In this document: positions 39,918 through 53,278 of the stretch, one piece after another | How positions within the stretch are numbered: the stretch's first letter is position 1 | How the letters are laid out: every line of letters begins with the position of its first letter | Assembly (NCBI GenBank): GCA_037379345.1 | Contig: CM074522.1 | Span: forward strand, 5,208,001 to 5,272,000 | Reading direction: 5' to 3' | Origin: Perna viridis | Taxonomy: Eukaryota | DNA: 64,000 nt | The notes under the pieces: generated by a model | Told to the model about the DNA's origin: nothing | Databases searched by the model: none | Seen by the model: the letters and a program-made list of their open reading frames with translations, nothing else | Made by a program: the position numbers and the translations under genes

Positions 39918-41414
39918 GGCTACTTTGCACTTTCTGTTCACCAGTATACAGGAAACATGTAACAAATGAAAGCAGGAAGTTTGCAGGGAAAGCCTGTACA
40001 AAGGCAAGACCACTGCGGCTTATTTTCAAATTTGGAGGTTTTGCATTTGTTTTCGTTAATTTTGTTACTCTTTGTGACGACACAGACCATTCACTTTATG
40101 ATTTTTATGTGTAAGATTATAACCCTCACTTTAAAAAGTGAAGTATGCGAACCTGATGAAACGAGACACTGGCCACTGAAAGATAAAGGTTATTTAAATA
40201 GCACGGGATGTCCATAAATAAACATAAAATCAATATATTTTGCACTTTAATATGGCTTGTAATTAATGTACAGTATTGGAAGTAATAATCGCTGGATACC
40301 AATATTCGTTGGTACGTAGTCTTTGTGGATACTGTTGACACACGAACTTGAAAATTAATTCAATTTCCTTTTGGCCAAGACGGACAACGTTGCAAGTAGC
40401 CATTCCCGATATGATTCGACTGGGGTCATTGGTGGCAAAAGTAATATGGATCACTCGATATCATTGAAACCAATACATTTTGTTCATTAGCCCTAAATAT
40501 CATTGGGCTGTAAGTGAAAACCATAAATAGATTGAAAAAGTGACGTTACATTTTATTTTTGATGTATGCCACAATACTTTGAAATAGATGTAGCAACTGC
40601 GTCTGATCTTTTCATTCACAGAAATGTTATTTATGGCATGTAATTTCTAGTAATCGGGGATATGTATACGGAAATCTGTACAATAAAGTAATGTGTTTTA
40701 CCTCTATTCTCTTCATACTTATTTAATCTAAACCTTTAATATTCATTTAAAGAAGTAATTTTTTATGCACCACAAGCACTGTTTTTTTTGTGACTTTTGC
40801 CATGTTCATCGGGTTATTAGTTTTGGACAATGATACAAATTTAAATTGATGACGAAATAGCCATGATTTACATGAATAGTTAAGTATCAGTCTTAATGAA
40901 AATCAGACAGGAGATGGTTCGTGGTTGTCAAAAACTCACCAAATTTACTATTTTTTCTTATTCAGAATACTCATAGTTTGACACTTGCTTGTTGCACTTT
41001 TGAGTGGAAAAAAAATTACAAATTGTGTATAAAATTGGTATTTTGCAAGGGCCTCATCGTACTTGATATGGTTTAATTTGGTTTGATCTATATAAATAAA
41101 TGATTTTTTTGTTCGCCAGTACAGATATGACTACCGTTATCAAAAGAATGTTTCATATGTAGATCGAAAAAAGCATCGTTTGAATAATGAATCACCTCTA
41201 CCATAGGTAATGTCTAATTTTGATCTAAAATGGGACTTTGTAATATTGCGCTTCTCGACTCAATAAATCTCGTTCGAGTAATGGTTTTGGTTATCAAGGA
41301 TGCCTCTTAACTGTTTTAATGTTTGGAACGTCAGAAGGACGATTTCTTACGACTTTTTTGCACAAAAATAGACATGTTACGAAATCTATTTTTTTTTGTC
41401 ATTGACTTATATAT

Positions 41415-41815
41415 ACATGTTGTATTACAATTCATCGCAAATCAATGTTATTTTTCGTAGTTCTTAATTTTAATCTTTCGAGTATATTTGTTTTGTAATC
41501 CTATTATTATCTTAACAATAATAATAAATAAGTAAATGGATATTCTTATACTTAGTATTGAGGATGATTCTCAGTTGGTTCAACAGTTTGTAACCTCAGA
41601 AGAATGACTTTATAAAACGACTTAACGGCCTACAATAGACACTTAACTAAATCTTATCACAACCATTGTAAATGTTGTATCACAATTCATCGTAAATAAA
41701 TTGTATTTAAAAGATTATTTCAGTAGTTTTATAATTAGACATATCGAGGATGTTTTGTTGTGTAATCGTATTTCATTTTAACTATACATATAAACAAGTG
41801 GATATTTTTATACCA
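41415..41815 (+). repeat. Degenerate direct duplication (~140 bp, ~255 bp apart)
   Basis: ATGTTGTATTACAATTCATCGCAAAT...TGGATATTCTTATAC versus ATGTTGTATCACAATTCATCGTAAAT...TGGATATTTTTATAC. Confidence 0.7.
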
Positions 41816-42512
41816 AATTTAATCTGTATTAACCAGAAAACAAACACTTTAAATCCTTACTAAAACAATATGTAACGTTAAAACTTTCAGTTGCTAGTAA
41901 ATGCCAGTCGGATGACCTAATACGAGGTTATTTATAATGAATTTATGCATAACGTTAAATTACAATTGCTTATTCATCAAAAGTTTCCAAATGGGAGTTC
42001 AGCTTATAGGTGTTACATGTACGTTTTAACTGATTATTAAGTTTCAATCTTCAACTCAAACACAAAAACTTTGACCAGATATTGGCAAAGCCATAAGATA
42101 AATCAATGTTATATAATATAAGAATTTTTATTTATTCTTTTAAACTATCCCATTCCATGACTAGTAAAAAGTAATCATATTAAAAGCCAGAGACATATGT
42201 CTTAATTTATAAAAACAACATAGGTGGTTTTTTTCCGATTGTTGTCATTACTGGTTTGTCCACCTGAAGCAATTTTTTAATTATGATTTGGACTTGACTC
42301 GACTGGGCTATTGATCTGTTGGTGACGTTAGACGTTTGAGGATTTAGTACAAATACTAATAAAAACATAGATTTTGCTCTGTAATTAACGATGGTCATTC
42401 TTATTGACCTTTTATTATAATTTAAATGGAATAAATATGAGACTATCAAGTATGTAAGATATCTCCATATTTATGTGTGAATCTTTTATATTGCCACCGG
42501 TATTTTTCTCAG

Positions 42513-42548
42513 TTGATCGCAATATTAAGTACCTCGTGGAAAACAAAG
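42513..42548 (+). other. Candidate 36-nt symmetric micro-exon
   Basis: TTTTTCTCAG acceptor and AAG|GTAAGC donor. Open in phase 1 (xDRNIKYLVENK). Confidence 0.3.
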
Positions 42549-43811
42549 GTAAGCTAATCATTTTTTTTAATATTGTCGCTGCTTTGTTTGATTTTTTCGT
42601 TGATAACGATGAACATATTTGCGACCGTAAAAGTATGAAAACTTATTTCAGCTTGAAGTAACATATTTTACGCTAACAGGTAAGCAATTTAAATAAATGG
42701 TAAAAACATTTATTTATACTGGGTAAAAGTTCTGGGAAGTCATTGTGCTTATACCCTACTAGAAATCCAAGTGTGCATCCCTGGGAGGATATCTGCCTCG
42801 TCTGGTACAGTAGAGCACGAATTTTGTCATATATTTAATTGGCGATTTGCCATATAATTTTGTAATATCCTGTCCACGCAAACATTTATCATTCAGCACT
42901 GTGTCCCTTTTCGCCGTTTTCGGGTTTACCACGTTTTTGTTGGAAAGTTTATTAAAGTGCGGTACTTCTGTAAAGTATAGCAATAGAAAAGGTGTTTTCC
43001 TGTTTATACCACTTTGAATGATTGTTTTCTTGTTGCGTTAATTAATTACTTATTTGTCACATTAAATCAATATTTTTTTACTTTTTTACCATCGTTCCAA
43101 GGAAGCAATCCATCACAAAATCAGTACGATTCCCCTCACCAAGGTGACTTACGAAAAACGTTTCTACAAAGTACTTTTAAAGTAAATCAGGTTTACGGTA
43201 GAGTACGTTTAAAACTTACATTTAAATTTTAGTAAAATAAAATAGATGTGATTAGTAGCTAAATACAACCTGATATTTTTACAATGATAAAAAATAGTTT
43301 TACTCATCAGGAAGTAGGAAAACCATTTTAAATAATAGAAATTATAAACGTTTAATTGTACCTTATCATTATTCATATTGTAATGAGTGGTGCCAACAAT
43401 ATTATAGGTTATCAGTTTTGGCATAAATATTCATTTAAGATCTAAGAACGCCAATGCGACCGGTAATGCATCGTACCTCTTTCTAACAAAAATATGTCTG
43501 TATATGTGGGACGGTATCATAATAAATAACCTTAACCCATCTTCAAAGGAAGAACCATATCATTCGACTTCATGATCTTCAAGTAAATGTAATAGCAAAC
43601 TATTTTGTTTTATTATGAAATAAGTATACAATTAAGACTCAACAGGTACCCCCTGAAAAATCCACGTTTCCTTATCAAAATATAGAGATCGCCCCTGGAT
43701 CGGAGTAATCAAATACCCACATCTTTAATTCTCATTGTTATTCCAAAGTAATATTTCTAATTAATCATAAGCTTTCTTCCGTTCTGAGACTTTTAAATTG
43801 GAAACTATAGT

Positions 43812-43960
43812 TTCTTCCCCACAAACATAGCAAAGTAGAGTAAATAACGAATTGTTGGCTAAGAGTCAGAATAATATATTCTGGTGTGGTGACTAACCTA
43901 CCTGCGAGTTCCACGGTTCACTGTATCGGACAAGCCCAAAGCGGGGTCTGCTCGATTGAT
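43812..43960 (+). mobile_element. Old tRNA-derived mollusc SINE remnant (RUDI-like)
   Basis: TTGGCTAAGAGTCAGAATAATATATTCTGGTGTGGTGAC resembles the RUDI core as I recall it. Confidence 0.4.
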
Positions 43961-44190
43961 TAAACTTTCTCGTCCGTCCTGATAGGCACGGATATCTTCC
44001 TCAAGACAAGAAAACCGCTATCAACAACCCGTTCTTTGATTTATCATCCATTAGCTTCGTTCTATGGAACTTGACGATTGATATCAACAGCATGTCATAC
44101 TCAGACGCGTTAAATGTAAAGTTGGTGCCATATATAAATCTTCACAACCAATCTGATAATAGACATTGTAATTCAAATTATGCTGTATTT

Positions 44191-44510
44191 ATCAGCACCA
44201 TGAAAACTGATTTATTCAACGGGTCATAGTTTTCCTTTCCTCGGTTGTCTATCCCGGACTTGACTTTTTATGAGCAACTCAGCGGGTGTTTCTAGAAAAG
44301 CAGAGGACGCTTACCCTACCGGTGCACCTGGTCCATGCTCCCAGTTTTTAGTGGAGTCCGAGTTGCTCATTTACTTTTGTTACTTTGTATGTATGATTTT
44401 AGTTACTTATGTTCTTTGTTGTGTATGTCTGTTTTCCATGTCTGGTCTTTGTCCCTGGATTACATTCTTTTGATTACCGCTATAACCTTGGTTCCCTTGA
44501 TTTACTCTTT
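44191..44510 (+). mobile_element. Penelope-like 3' fragment (young)
   Basis: ISTMKTDLFNGS* plus an intact 3' UTR and foldback. Confidence 0.9.
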
Positions 44511-44584
44511 AATACAAATATAGTACTATCTCGATGGATGAATACTAAATCATAGTAGAGATATTGGCTGTTTATGTCATTTAT

Positions 44585-45345
44585 AAAACAGCCTGACTTT
44601 ATTGTTGTTCTGATCCAAAGGAAAAACAGCCTTTACCAGATTCTTTGATATCAGTTTCCGCTATACTGATGATGTATTATCGTTCAAGAATCCTAGTTTT
44701 GAGGATTTTATACATCGCACCTACCCAAAAGAACTAAAGAAAAAGGATACTACAGACACCGTGAATCCAGCCTCATATCATAACATACACTTAGAGATCG
44801 ATGAGAAGGAAAACTATCGACCAAACACTCTGACAAACGCGATGACTTTTCATCCCGTATTGTCAACTTTCCTTTCATCTGTGGCAACATCCTTTCAGCA
44901 CCTGCGTTTGGAGTTTTCATATTAGAAGTCATACGATATGCGAGAGCTTGACGTAAAGATATTTTGTACCCCGTTTGACTTCATACAATTAGGCCTCTTG
45001 AAAAAGGTTATGTTGATACATAATTGAAGTGATCAGTACAGAAATTTTTGTGGTCGTCATGAACTGTGGATCGTTATGTTGTATCCATTTGCAAAATGGG
45101 AACCGATTTGTCATAATTTTTCTTCCCTCTTTTGTCTACCCCGGACTTGAGTTTTTTATGGGCAACTCGGTGGATGTTTCTAGAAAAATCGAAATTGCTT
45201 ACCTTAACAACGCACCTGGTCCATGCTCCTAGTTTTTAGCGAGCTCATTTTCTTTTGTTGCTTAGTACGTATTACTTTTTAAATATATTTGCTTTGTTTT
45301 GTGTGTCTGATTTCCACTGATTCTTGGTTCCTTTGATTATTCCTT
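44585..45345 (+). mobile_element. Older Penelope-like RT 3' half plus UTR
   Basis: FRYTDDVLSFKNPSFED, DKRDDFSSRIVNFPFICGNI. Confidence 0.85.
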
Positions 45346-48300
45346 GACATATATTGTCATTAGTAATTGGCAATCTCCATAAAATGACAATGTAGTTTGT
45401 TTTAACTATTTTAATAGACATTGTCATATAATTACAATGTTGTGTTTAATAATTGGATTCTCTTTGATTTACTTAGTTTTTCAATCGGTTGCTGTATATT
45501 TAAGTTTAGATTAGATTGTACATGTACATGCATTTGTACTCTTTACAAGATTTATCATTCATAATTTTCCTTTTTTTATTAAACGGGGAAATGAATATAT
45601 ATAGTTGAGGTTTTGTTTTGTTTTTTTTTTTTGTTAAATAATTTTTTACGAAATACAGATATGACATTGTATACAGTAAGGATTGTTACAAAAAAATGTG
45701 GCTATAAGGATTAGAAAAGCATCATTTGTTTGGCGAGTTTTTCTACAATGTGGATGACTTCTACAAATGGCTGTCTGTATTAGACATAGATTGGTACTTA
45801 AATTATATGTCATATCATGGTTATATGGAGCAGTAATAAGTAGGACTCTGCCTCGAGATCTTTTTCTTATTTTAAACACAAAATAACATAGCTATGTTCT
45901 TTTTCTTCTGACTATTGATGTCGTGATTAAAATATCAATAAGTGCAAAAGAAGATATGGTGTTTATGTATTTATGTATTTATTTTTTTTTTTGGGGGGGG
46001 GGGGGTCACAATTAAATAATAATTACTGAATTGGTTTGTATGTACTTATATTTGTACTAATAGTTGCGAATATCATTCTATCAGTCTATCATGATATTTG
46101 TCAATTCAAAGAAGTTCATATGTACTTGATGCAGTATTGGGAGATCCGTTAATTCAAGTAATTAGATTATACATAATTTTGCGGATGCAAGACATGATGT
46201 AATTTGAAACAAGATTTGAGTCATAAAAACTTCCTTGATTTAATTGTATCTGTTATAAGACACACTATTATTTATCTTCAAGAATGATGCAAAAATTGTT
46301 TTTGTTAAATGTTACAGAAGCAATTAGTTTTGTTAGGGAACAAATAATTAATTTGTCACATTTAGCAACTTGTAATATATTCCTGGAATATAATGGGGAC
46401 AACTATTTCGTTGTACCTGTTTATAATGTTGTTTTTGGGGTCAGCTACAGTCTGTCCGGTTGTGTGAGGATTTCCTCGTCGTTCATTGAAGAACGGCCTT
46501 CTTCATCCCGGTGGGGATTGTCTCTTTTACATATTTCGTTATATTTAGAAAGACAAAAACCCATACAATTAATTGACAATGTTTTCGAACTTTTTACAAA
46601 CTTAATTTGAATTACATCTTGAATAATTTTTTTTAATATTTGGGACGGTTGCTTTGTTTTGTAATATGAAACAAAATTGTATAACATTTTTCGCGTTATC
46701 ATAGAAGTTGTTCAAGTGGTTGCCGAATTCTTGGTTCAGTCATAAGCAATCATGACCAAAGATTACGACTGAGTTTACAAAGTTGAGCATTAAGTACTAG
46801 TCAATATAAAATGTAGACACGCCGTATGGTAGATGTGGTTCAATGTGTAGAAAAACCAACCGCACAAACGAAGCGTGTTCTGTCTATACACGGAACGATA
46901 AATCTTTCTGTATTCTGACTGGGAAAAAACACACATTCAATATTAGTATTGGTCAAACCAGACATACGAAATTAGGGACGATGGCTCTTGCAGCGTGCAA
47001 ATTTCATACACAATTTATATATTTTTATCTCAAAAATACATCAACCGAATGTAAAGACTGGTTGTTTGGTTTGTAACTGTTTTTGAATGAGAAATAAAAG
47101 AAAGTTCAGTGGGATTTTGAAATGCATGAATCGCCTCCTGTTTGATTTTCATCAAAACTGCTACGTCAACCAGCTTTATCAAAAATCTAATTTTCCGTCT
47201 TCATTTGAAGTAGTCTTTTGATATAAAATCGGGACAAAACTTATCATTTTCTTGATTTTACTTTTCATCTACATGAATATGGAGGGACTATCGACTTTTC
47301 TATCTTGAACACTTGAATAACTATCACAGAAGACAAATTCATTGAAACAGTTGGTAATTGTAAATAAGAAATTTTTAGCTTAAAGTACATTTCAGCAATA
47401 ATTCATTCAGCGGACAATCTTCCTACATTTACGCATAATATTATCGACAAAAATGCATAATATAATTCCGGTTCAGTTGAAATATTATAATCATGGAACC
47501 CCCTTTATTAAAGCAACGCTCGCTACGAGTAATCGGCACGAAAACAAAAGAAAAAAAAACACAGCGGAGCAGGTAGTTTCAGTAACCCCATACTAGAACA
47601 AAGCCGATAATGAAACACCAGCTAGGGCATTGTGAGGTTTCCGCTTGTCATTCAAACACAAAAACTCAATTAAATGCTGAATTGGGAAGTTTTAAACCTG
47701 TCATTCAATAAAACCAATATTACATGATAGCTTGCAGAAAATGGCTTTATTTAGTTGTAATTTGAAAGAGCAATTTAATTAAACATGTCTCCAAGTAAGG
47801 ATTGATAACATTTTTCTATCTATTTATCCACGTAAAAAAAAACCATTTCAAACTCCAATTCTTATGAATTGATTTCGAGCTTTGCAACTTCTTCCTCTTA
47901 ATTCAAGAAAAAGTTTATCGTTGCAGAAAAAAGTTTTCGCTGACTAAAAATGAACACTTTTTCAAAAAGTCAACTCGATTTAATAAATGCGTTTGAAAAT
48001 ATAAACCTAAGCATCTAAATCTTTTATAACCAAATTTGAAAAAAGTACCAACTAGCTTTTATAACACCTATTTTATATAGATTTTTTCATATATCGTTTA
48101 AAAATTTCTGCCGTAAAAATGCATTTCTACATTTCTGCATTTCGGAACTAAGACAAAAAACGGCACACGAGAACCAAATGAGAAAGTAAATGAATCAAAC
48201 ATCAAGTGTCTTTCTTGTACTAGGGTTAGCATTTTGTGATACACCAATTTCAATTTAAGGTACAATAGTGTACAAAAATAATGAGGTTACATATAGGACG

Positions 48301-48399
48301 ATACTTACTTGAAAATGGTAAATTGGTTGTGGATAAAGTCGTATCGCAGATATATAATGCAGTTCGAGAACGTTTGTTCAACCGAAAAAACTTTGCTTA

Positions 48400-48509
48400 A
48401 ACTGTAAAGTGTTTCTAAGCTGAACACCTTGATATAACGGGATTTTAAATGTGTCTGGTTTAGACAACTTTTCAGGTTATTCAGGGTTCATTAGGACAGG
48501 TTTACTGTA
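48400..48509. mobile_element. Tc1/mariner/pogo-type MITE end
   Basis: Ends GGACAGGTTTACTG|TA (TA + CAGTAAACC terminus). Confidence 0.5.
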
Positions 48510-48524
48510 GTAGTCCAACATGCC

Positions 48525-48712
48525 GTGTCAGCCCATTGAAACAACAGATTGTGGATAAGCACGTTCCCTCAGTCGAACACATTTGACTTCGTATCAACCA
48601 CTATTTCCTTTATTCCTTCCGATAATAGAAGAAACAGGGACTTGTAAATTTGGTCTCTTTTATGTCTTCGAAGTTCAAACCTTTGATCTCCCGCATTTGA
48701 AGCGAGTGGTAT
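48525..48712 (-). mobile_element. Old RUDI-like tRNA SINE
   Basis: TGAAACAACAG..TGTGGATAAGCACGTT...GAACACATT core, and a degenerate B-box region (TTCAAACC..TGATCTCCCGCA) on the minus strand. Confidence 0.5.
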
Positions 48713-48815
48713 TTTTTATGCTAGGAATACATAAGTCGACAAGTCAATGATGGCTGATTTTCTTTTAATGGTGATAATGCCAGTCTTTAGGCGTCTTAAA
48801 ATCTACTTGCATTTG

Positions 48816-49329
48816 TTTGTTTGCTGGGTTTTAACGTCCGAGCAGCAATATTTCAGCTATATTCAGACGATGAACATGAAATTGATGACAAAATGAACAT
48901 GAAATGATGATGAAATGAAAAAGGGATGGGACACAAGGACAATGGGATCGACAAATTTTGTTTGCCACTGGAAATAGGGAGAGGTGGGTAGGGTCGGGCA
49001 ATTTAGCCTCTTGTGGCGGAGCCCTATGGTTCCTACTCCGGGAGAATACCACAGTAGTGTTCTTTAACGTGCGAGGAACGTGGCATCTTTCCCAACACGG
49101 TGCACCACTATGGTTTGCGGTCAGGTTTTCCGTATTATAGCCTGACAACCCAAGCATGTAACACACCAGGGGTACCCCATTCCACCACCTGGGGCACACA
49201 TCCCAGTTGCTCTGTGGGCGGAGCGCCCTAGCCCCCGGCTAAGGTTCTGAGCACTATTTAGTCGCCTTTTACTACAAGCTTAGCGCTGCTGCAGGCCTAT
49301 TCTTTTAACACCAGGACCTGCACGGGGCC
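48816..49329 (-). mobile_element. Non-autonomous retroposon, full-length copy B (same family as 373-857)
   Basis: 11-bp TSD ACTTGCATTTG at 48805-48815 and 49330-49340. (CAAA)n tail. Confidence 0.9.
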
Positions 49330-50839
49330 ACTTGCATTTGATATAGCTGTAACCATTCATAAAAGGTAATGCTGACGACCTTCTTCATAAACTTTCTTCA
49401 TAAACATTGTCTCTATATAAATTTCCTATTATATGTACAAGATAGAGTGATTAGACTATTTAAATTTCTACCAACGCGTAATGGTATTTTCAGGATAAAA
49501 TACAATGCCATTTGTCAACTTAAAGAAGTTTGTGCCGGTTTCTCACTTTAATAAAAACAAAACTGGAGTACTGCAACGGTAATTTGTCTATAAACATCAA
49601 ATTCCCATTTATGTGTAAATTCAGATCATGTTGAAACCAAAGCAAAAATTAAACTTTTAAGTAGTATTCTAGCTAAGAATCAAGCAAAATGTGTTATATG
49701 GTTTGAACGCCTACATATTTTTATTTTTGATATTTTGTTTAAAATGCTCAAGTTGACAGACAATAACATATATCTTTTCATAATTCCCTTGTTCATAAGA
49801 GATATAAATGGTAAAGAATGAACTGTAGAATTTAAAATTAAGGGAGGTAACTCTATAAAGGGCACTGAAATACAATAAAAACGGTTAGAATTTAGATATG
49901 AATTATCTCCTAATAACAGACAAAATGGAATAAATAATTACACATTTCATCATAGAGGCTTTCACAGAGACTTAATAAGAAAAATTAAAATATGTAGCCT
50001 TTTTGGGGTGTATCACAATTAACAGAATTTGCAAGATTCTTACAAATACTGCTACTTAATCACGTATCATGTTATTCAATTTGAAATACAGTGGAAGTCA
50101 TGTTTCTTTTTTAGTGCAGACAGTGAAATGTGTCATTGTTTTTCGTGACGATATTATGAATAAAATAGTGGTCGTTTTTCGTCAAGAATTCACAGTATTT
50201 CTTAATCTTAATTCAAGTAACAGATAAATAACAAAAAACATAACGACACAGTAACAACTGTCATATAAAAAGTTAAGGAAATCTTTTCACCCACCTTTAT
50301 GTCATTGAGATCTTGTAAAGGTATAATATCTCGATGTTTGTATTTGTTTTTATAGTTCGTTAAAACGAAAAATGGCAAGAATATGTTCGAATAAATGTTT
50401 GATATCAATGTAAATAAAAGGTAATTATTGGTTTTAATTCACGTTTTACGCTAGTGTATATGTTGCTATTTACCATATCCTTTCTTTTGACACAGGACAA
50501 TACCATAACCTCGACTATTAGGTGGGTAAATAGATAATGTTGTAAGTGTAGACATGCGATAGGAGACGAATGTCATGTATTCATGTGTAATAATATTTAT
50601 GTAGTAGATTTGTAACGCGGATGACTTGGCATAAATTTTTAGTTACTGCTGTGTAGAAGTGTCGTAAAAATAGCTTCATTAACAAAAGGCAACACGGATT
50701 GTTTTGAACTGAAAACACTCATATGGTCATACGTTTTGTAAGATAATTTGGTAGATGAAACTTCTGAAGATTTTGTTATTATGAGGTACAACTTTGAAAT
50801 CGGGTTGGAAGTTCTAATCTATTTATATTTTTCCAGTGC

Positions 50840-51597
50840 GGTGAACGCGTTTTTCAACAAATGGTCGGCGTTCGAATGGGAACAAAGTGTGCTATTTAGT
50901 ATCCTTATAAAATCCTAGTTTCGTGGATTTTATACATCGCATCTACGCCTAAGAACTTGAGATGAAGGATTCTGCAGACAATGTGAGGTCAGCCTCATAT
51001 CTTATTCTGCACTTAGGGATCGATGATAAAGAGAAAACTATCGACAAAACTTTTCAACTAACACGATGACTTTCCATTCATCGTGGCAACATCCCTTCAG
51101 CACCTACGTATGGAGTTCTTGTATCGCATACTCATACGTTATGCCAGTGCTTGCTGTAACTATGTAGAATTTTTTGTACCGCCCTAGACTTCTGACAAAT
51201 AGGCTTCTGGAACAGGGTTTTATTACTACAAGATTGAAGTCATCACTACAGAAGATTTTACAGTCGTCATAATGAACTAGTGGATCCAACTGCACCATGA
51301 GAATCGATTTGTTCAATTTGTCATAGTTTTCTTCCTTCGTCTACACCGGGTTTAACTTTTTATGCGTAACTCGCGGGTCTTTCTAGAAAAGCAAAAGACA
51401 CTTACCCTACCGGTGCACCTAATATATGCTCCCATTTTTCAGCAGAGTCCGAGTTGTTCATTTACTTTTGTTGCTTTGTACATATTATTTTGGTTATTTT
51501 ATGTTTCTTTGTTGTGTGCGTCTGTTTCCCTTTATGGTCTCTGTCCCTGGATTACATTTTGATTTCCGCTAGAATCTTGGTTTCCTTGGTTAATTCT
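50840..51597 (+). mobile_element. Older Penelope-like RT 3' half plus UTR
   Basis: VGVRMGTKCA, IHRIYA*ELEMKDSAD, RLLEQGFITTRLKSSLQK, and the foldback. Confidence 0.85.
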
Positions 51598-51854
51598 TCC
51601 AACTTTTTCACGAAATACGTGTTTTACTATCATAGTCAACAATGGGCAGAAAAGTTATAAACTCGTTTGATTTAAATTAGACTTGGAAACAAAAGTCATT
51701 ATGTAGGATTGCAATAAAAAAATAACATTGTATTGACTACAATAAAACGATATGTATTTTGGCACGAATCAAAAGAAAAAAAAATCACTGGGCTTTTGTG
51801 TTTCTCTGATTCTTAGCGTCATCCGTTTATTGTTTTATTTCAAGTCAATACACT

Positions 51855-51979
51855 GTTACTGTATTATTTTAGTTACTTTATGTTCTTTGTTGTGTATGTC
51901 TGTTTTCCATGTCTGGTCTTTGTCCCTGGATTGCATTCTTTTTATTACCGCTATAACCTTTGTTCCCTTGTTTACTCTT
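51855..51979 (+). mobile_element. Penelope-like terminal 3' UTR fragment
   Basis: Matches the last ~120 nt of the family 3' UTR. Confidence 0.85.
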
Positions 51980-53278
51980 CCACTAAGCACCACAACTTTA
52001 CATGTCTTTCTGTTCGTACGCATCTGGGGATATGGGAAGCAATAAGGAAGTAATTTTGTCACAGCAAGAACAGTTCTGAAAAACAAAACTTTCATTAACA
52101 AAATGGAAATTAACCCGGATGTTACAACAAGGCTGTACATGAAATCGCCACATTTTTTAATCATACGGACACGGGATTTATAAGTAATGAAAATGCAAAA
52201 GTCTTGTTGCTAAAAAAATATCTCATTGAAAAGGAGCATTGGAAATGTGATGCCACGAACAAACTATGTAAAACAGTTTGATTTTTTTTCCATTGGAGAT
52301 AATTGACACATTGATCAATCAGATCAGATGGAATTAAACATATTTCGTTGGTTTTATAGGAAAATGTTAATGATAATGCAACGTTAAATTATCTTTTGAA
52401 AAGGGTAACAACAAAATTATTGAACTTTAATTCGATCCACTGTTAAGTCCTAAATAAATCTAGTAAAATAGATATTACTCCATCGGAGCAGCTGGTTCTG
52501 CAATGGTCCTGACGTTTTACAGGCATTTCAAACAAAATGGTGGGTTAAATATAGATTTTACAGCCGCTTAAACCTCTTCTTCCATTGCGACAAGAATATA
52601 CCAGTGGTGATTAAAAAACATTTGCTTGCTATTGTAACAGTACAAAATTCAAAATATTGAAACTTCATTCATTGTTTGAAACATGCTACCATTTTGTACT
52701 TCCTTTGAAATAATTTTGTAGAACTCATCGGTGAAGGATTTTGCATTTTTTTTGTATATATTTGGCTTTGATTACTTCTTGTATATATTTCATTTTTAAT
52801 ATAGATTATAATGCTGTTGACGGTACGTTTGAAACACGTGTTCAACGTATGAAAGTAGCAACTTTTATATAATTGGTATTATTTGTATTTTTCATCTTGA
52901 GTAATAGAATGTTGTTACACTAAGTATCAAATACAGCAAATTATGTATTACACATGTATTATACATGTGCCGTATTTTGTCAACTTTTGATGCGATGTGC
53001 TTCCGATTTATACGGTTCCTTGACGTTATGTTCGTGTACTCACGATTAAATTTACTACGAATGTTCCATTTTTCGAGCAAAACGTCTTGGAACTTTTTGA
53101 CACCAATACACGTAACATGCATTTTATCACTTGCTATACTTTATCTTTTGAAAAGCCGCTTTGTCGTGGTTTTATGTCTAGTAATTGTTACTAATTATAG
53201 TGTAGTGACCTGGTTATTTATATGACGTTATGTTCGTGAACTGAGAGACACTTTTTTCGCTGATTTTTTGTCAACGGG

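Noticed and set aside
44315-44362. Twister ribozyme resemblance (CTGGTCCATGCTCCCAG...AGTGGAG) or hammerhead
   Set aside because: No UAA cleavage loop with a proper P2, no GAGGG T1 partner, and no CUGANGA/GAAA core.
44270-44370. SECIS element or selenoprotein Naiad
   Set aside because: The ATGA is Watson-Crick paired in P1 rather than forming a GA quartet. The RT Cys positions I checked use TGC/TGT, not TGA.
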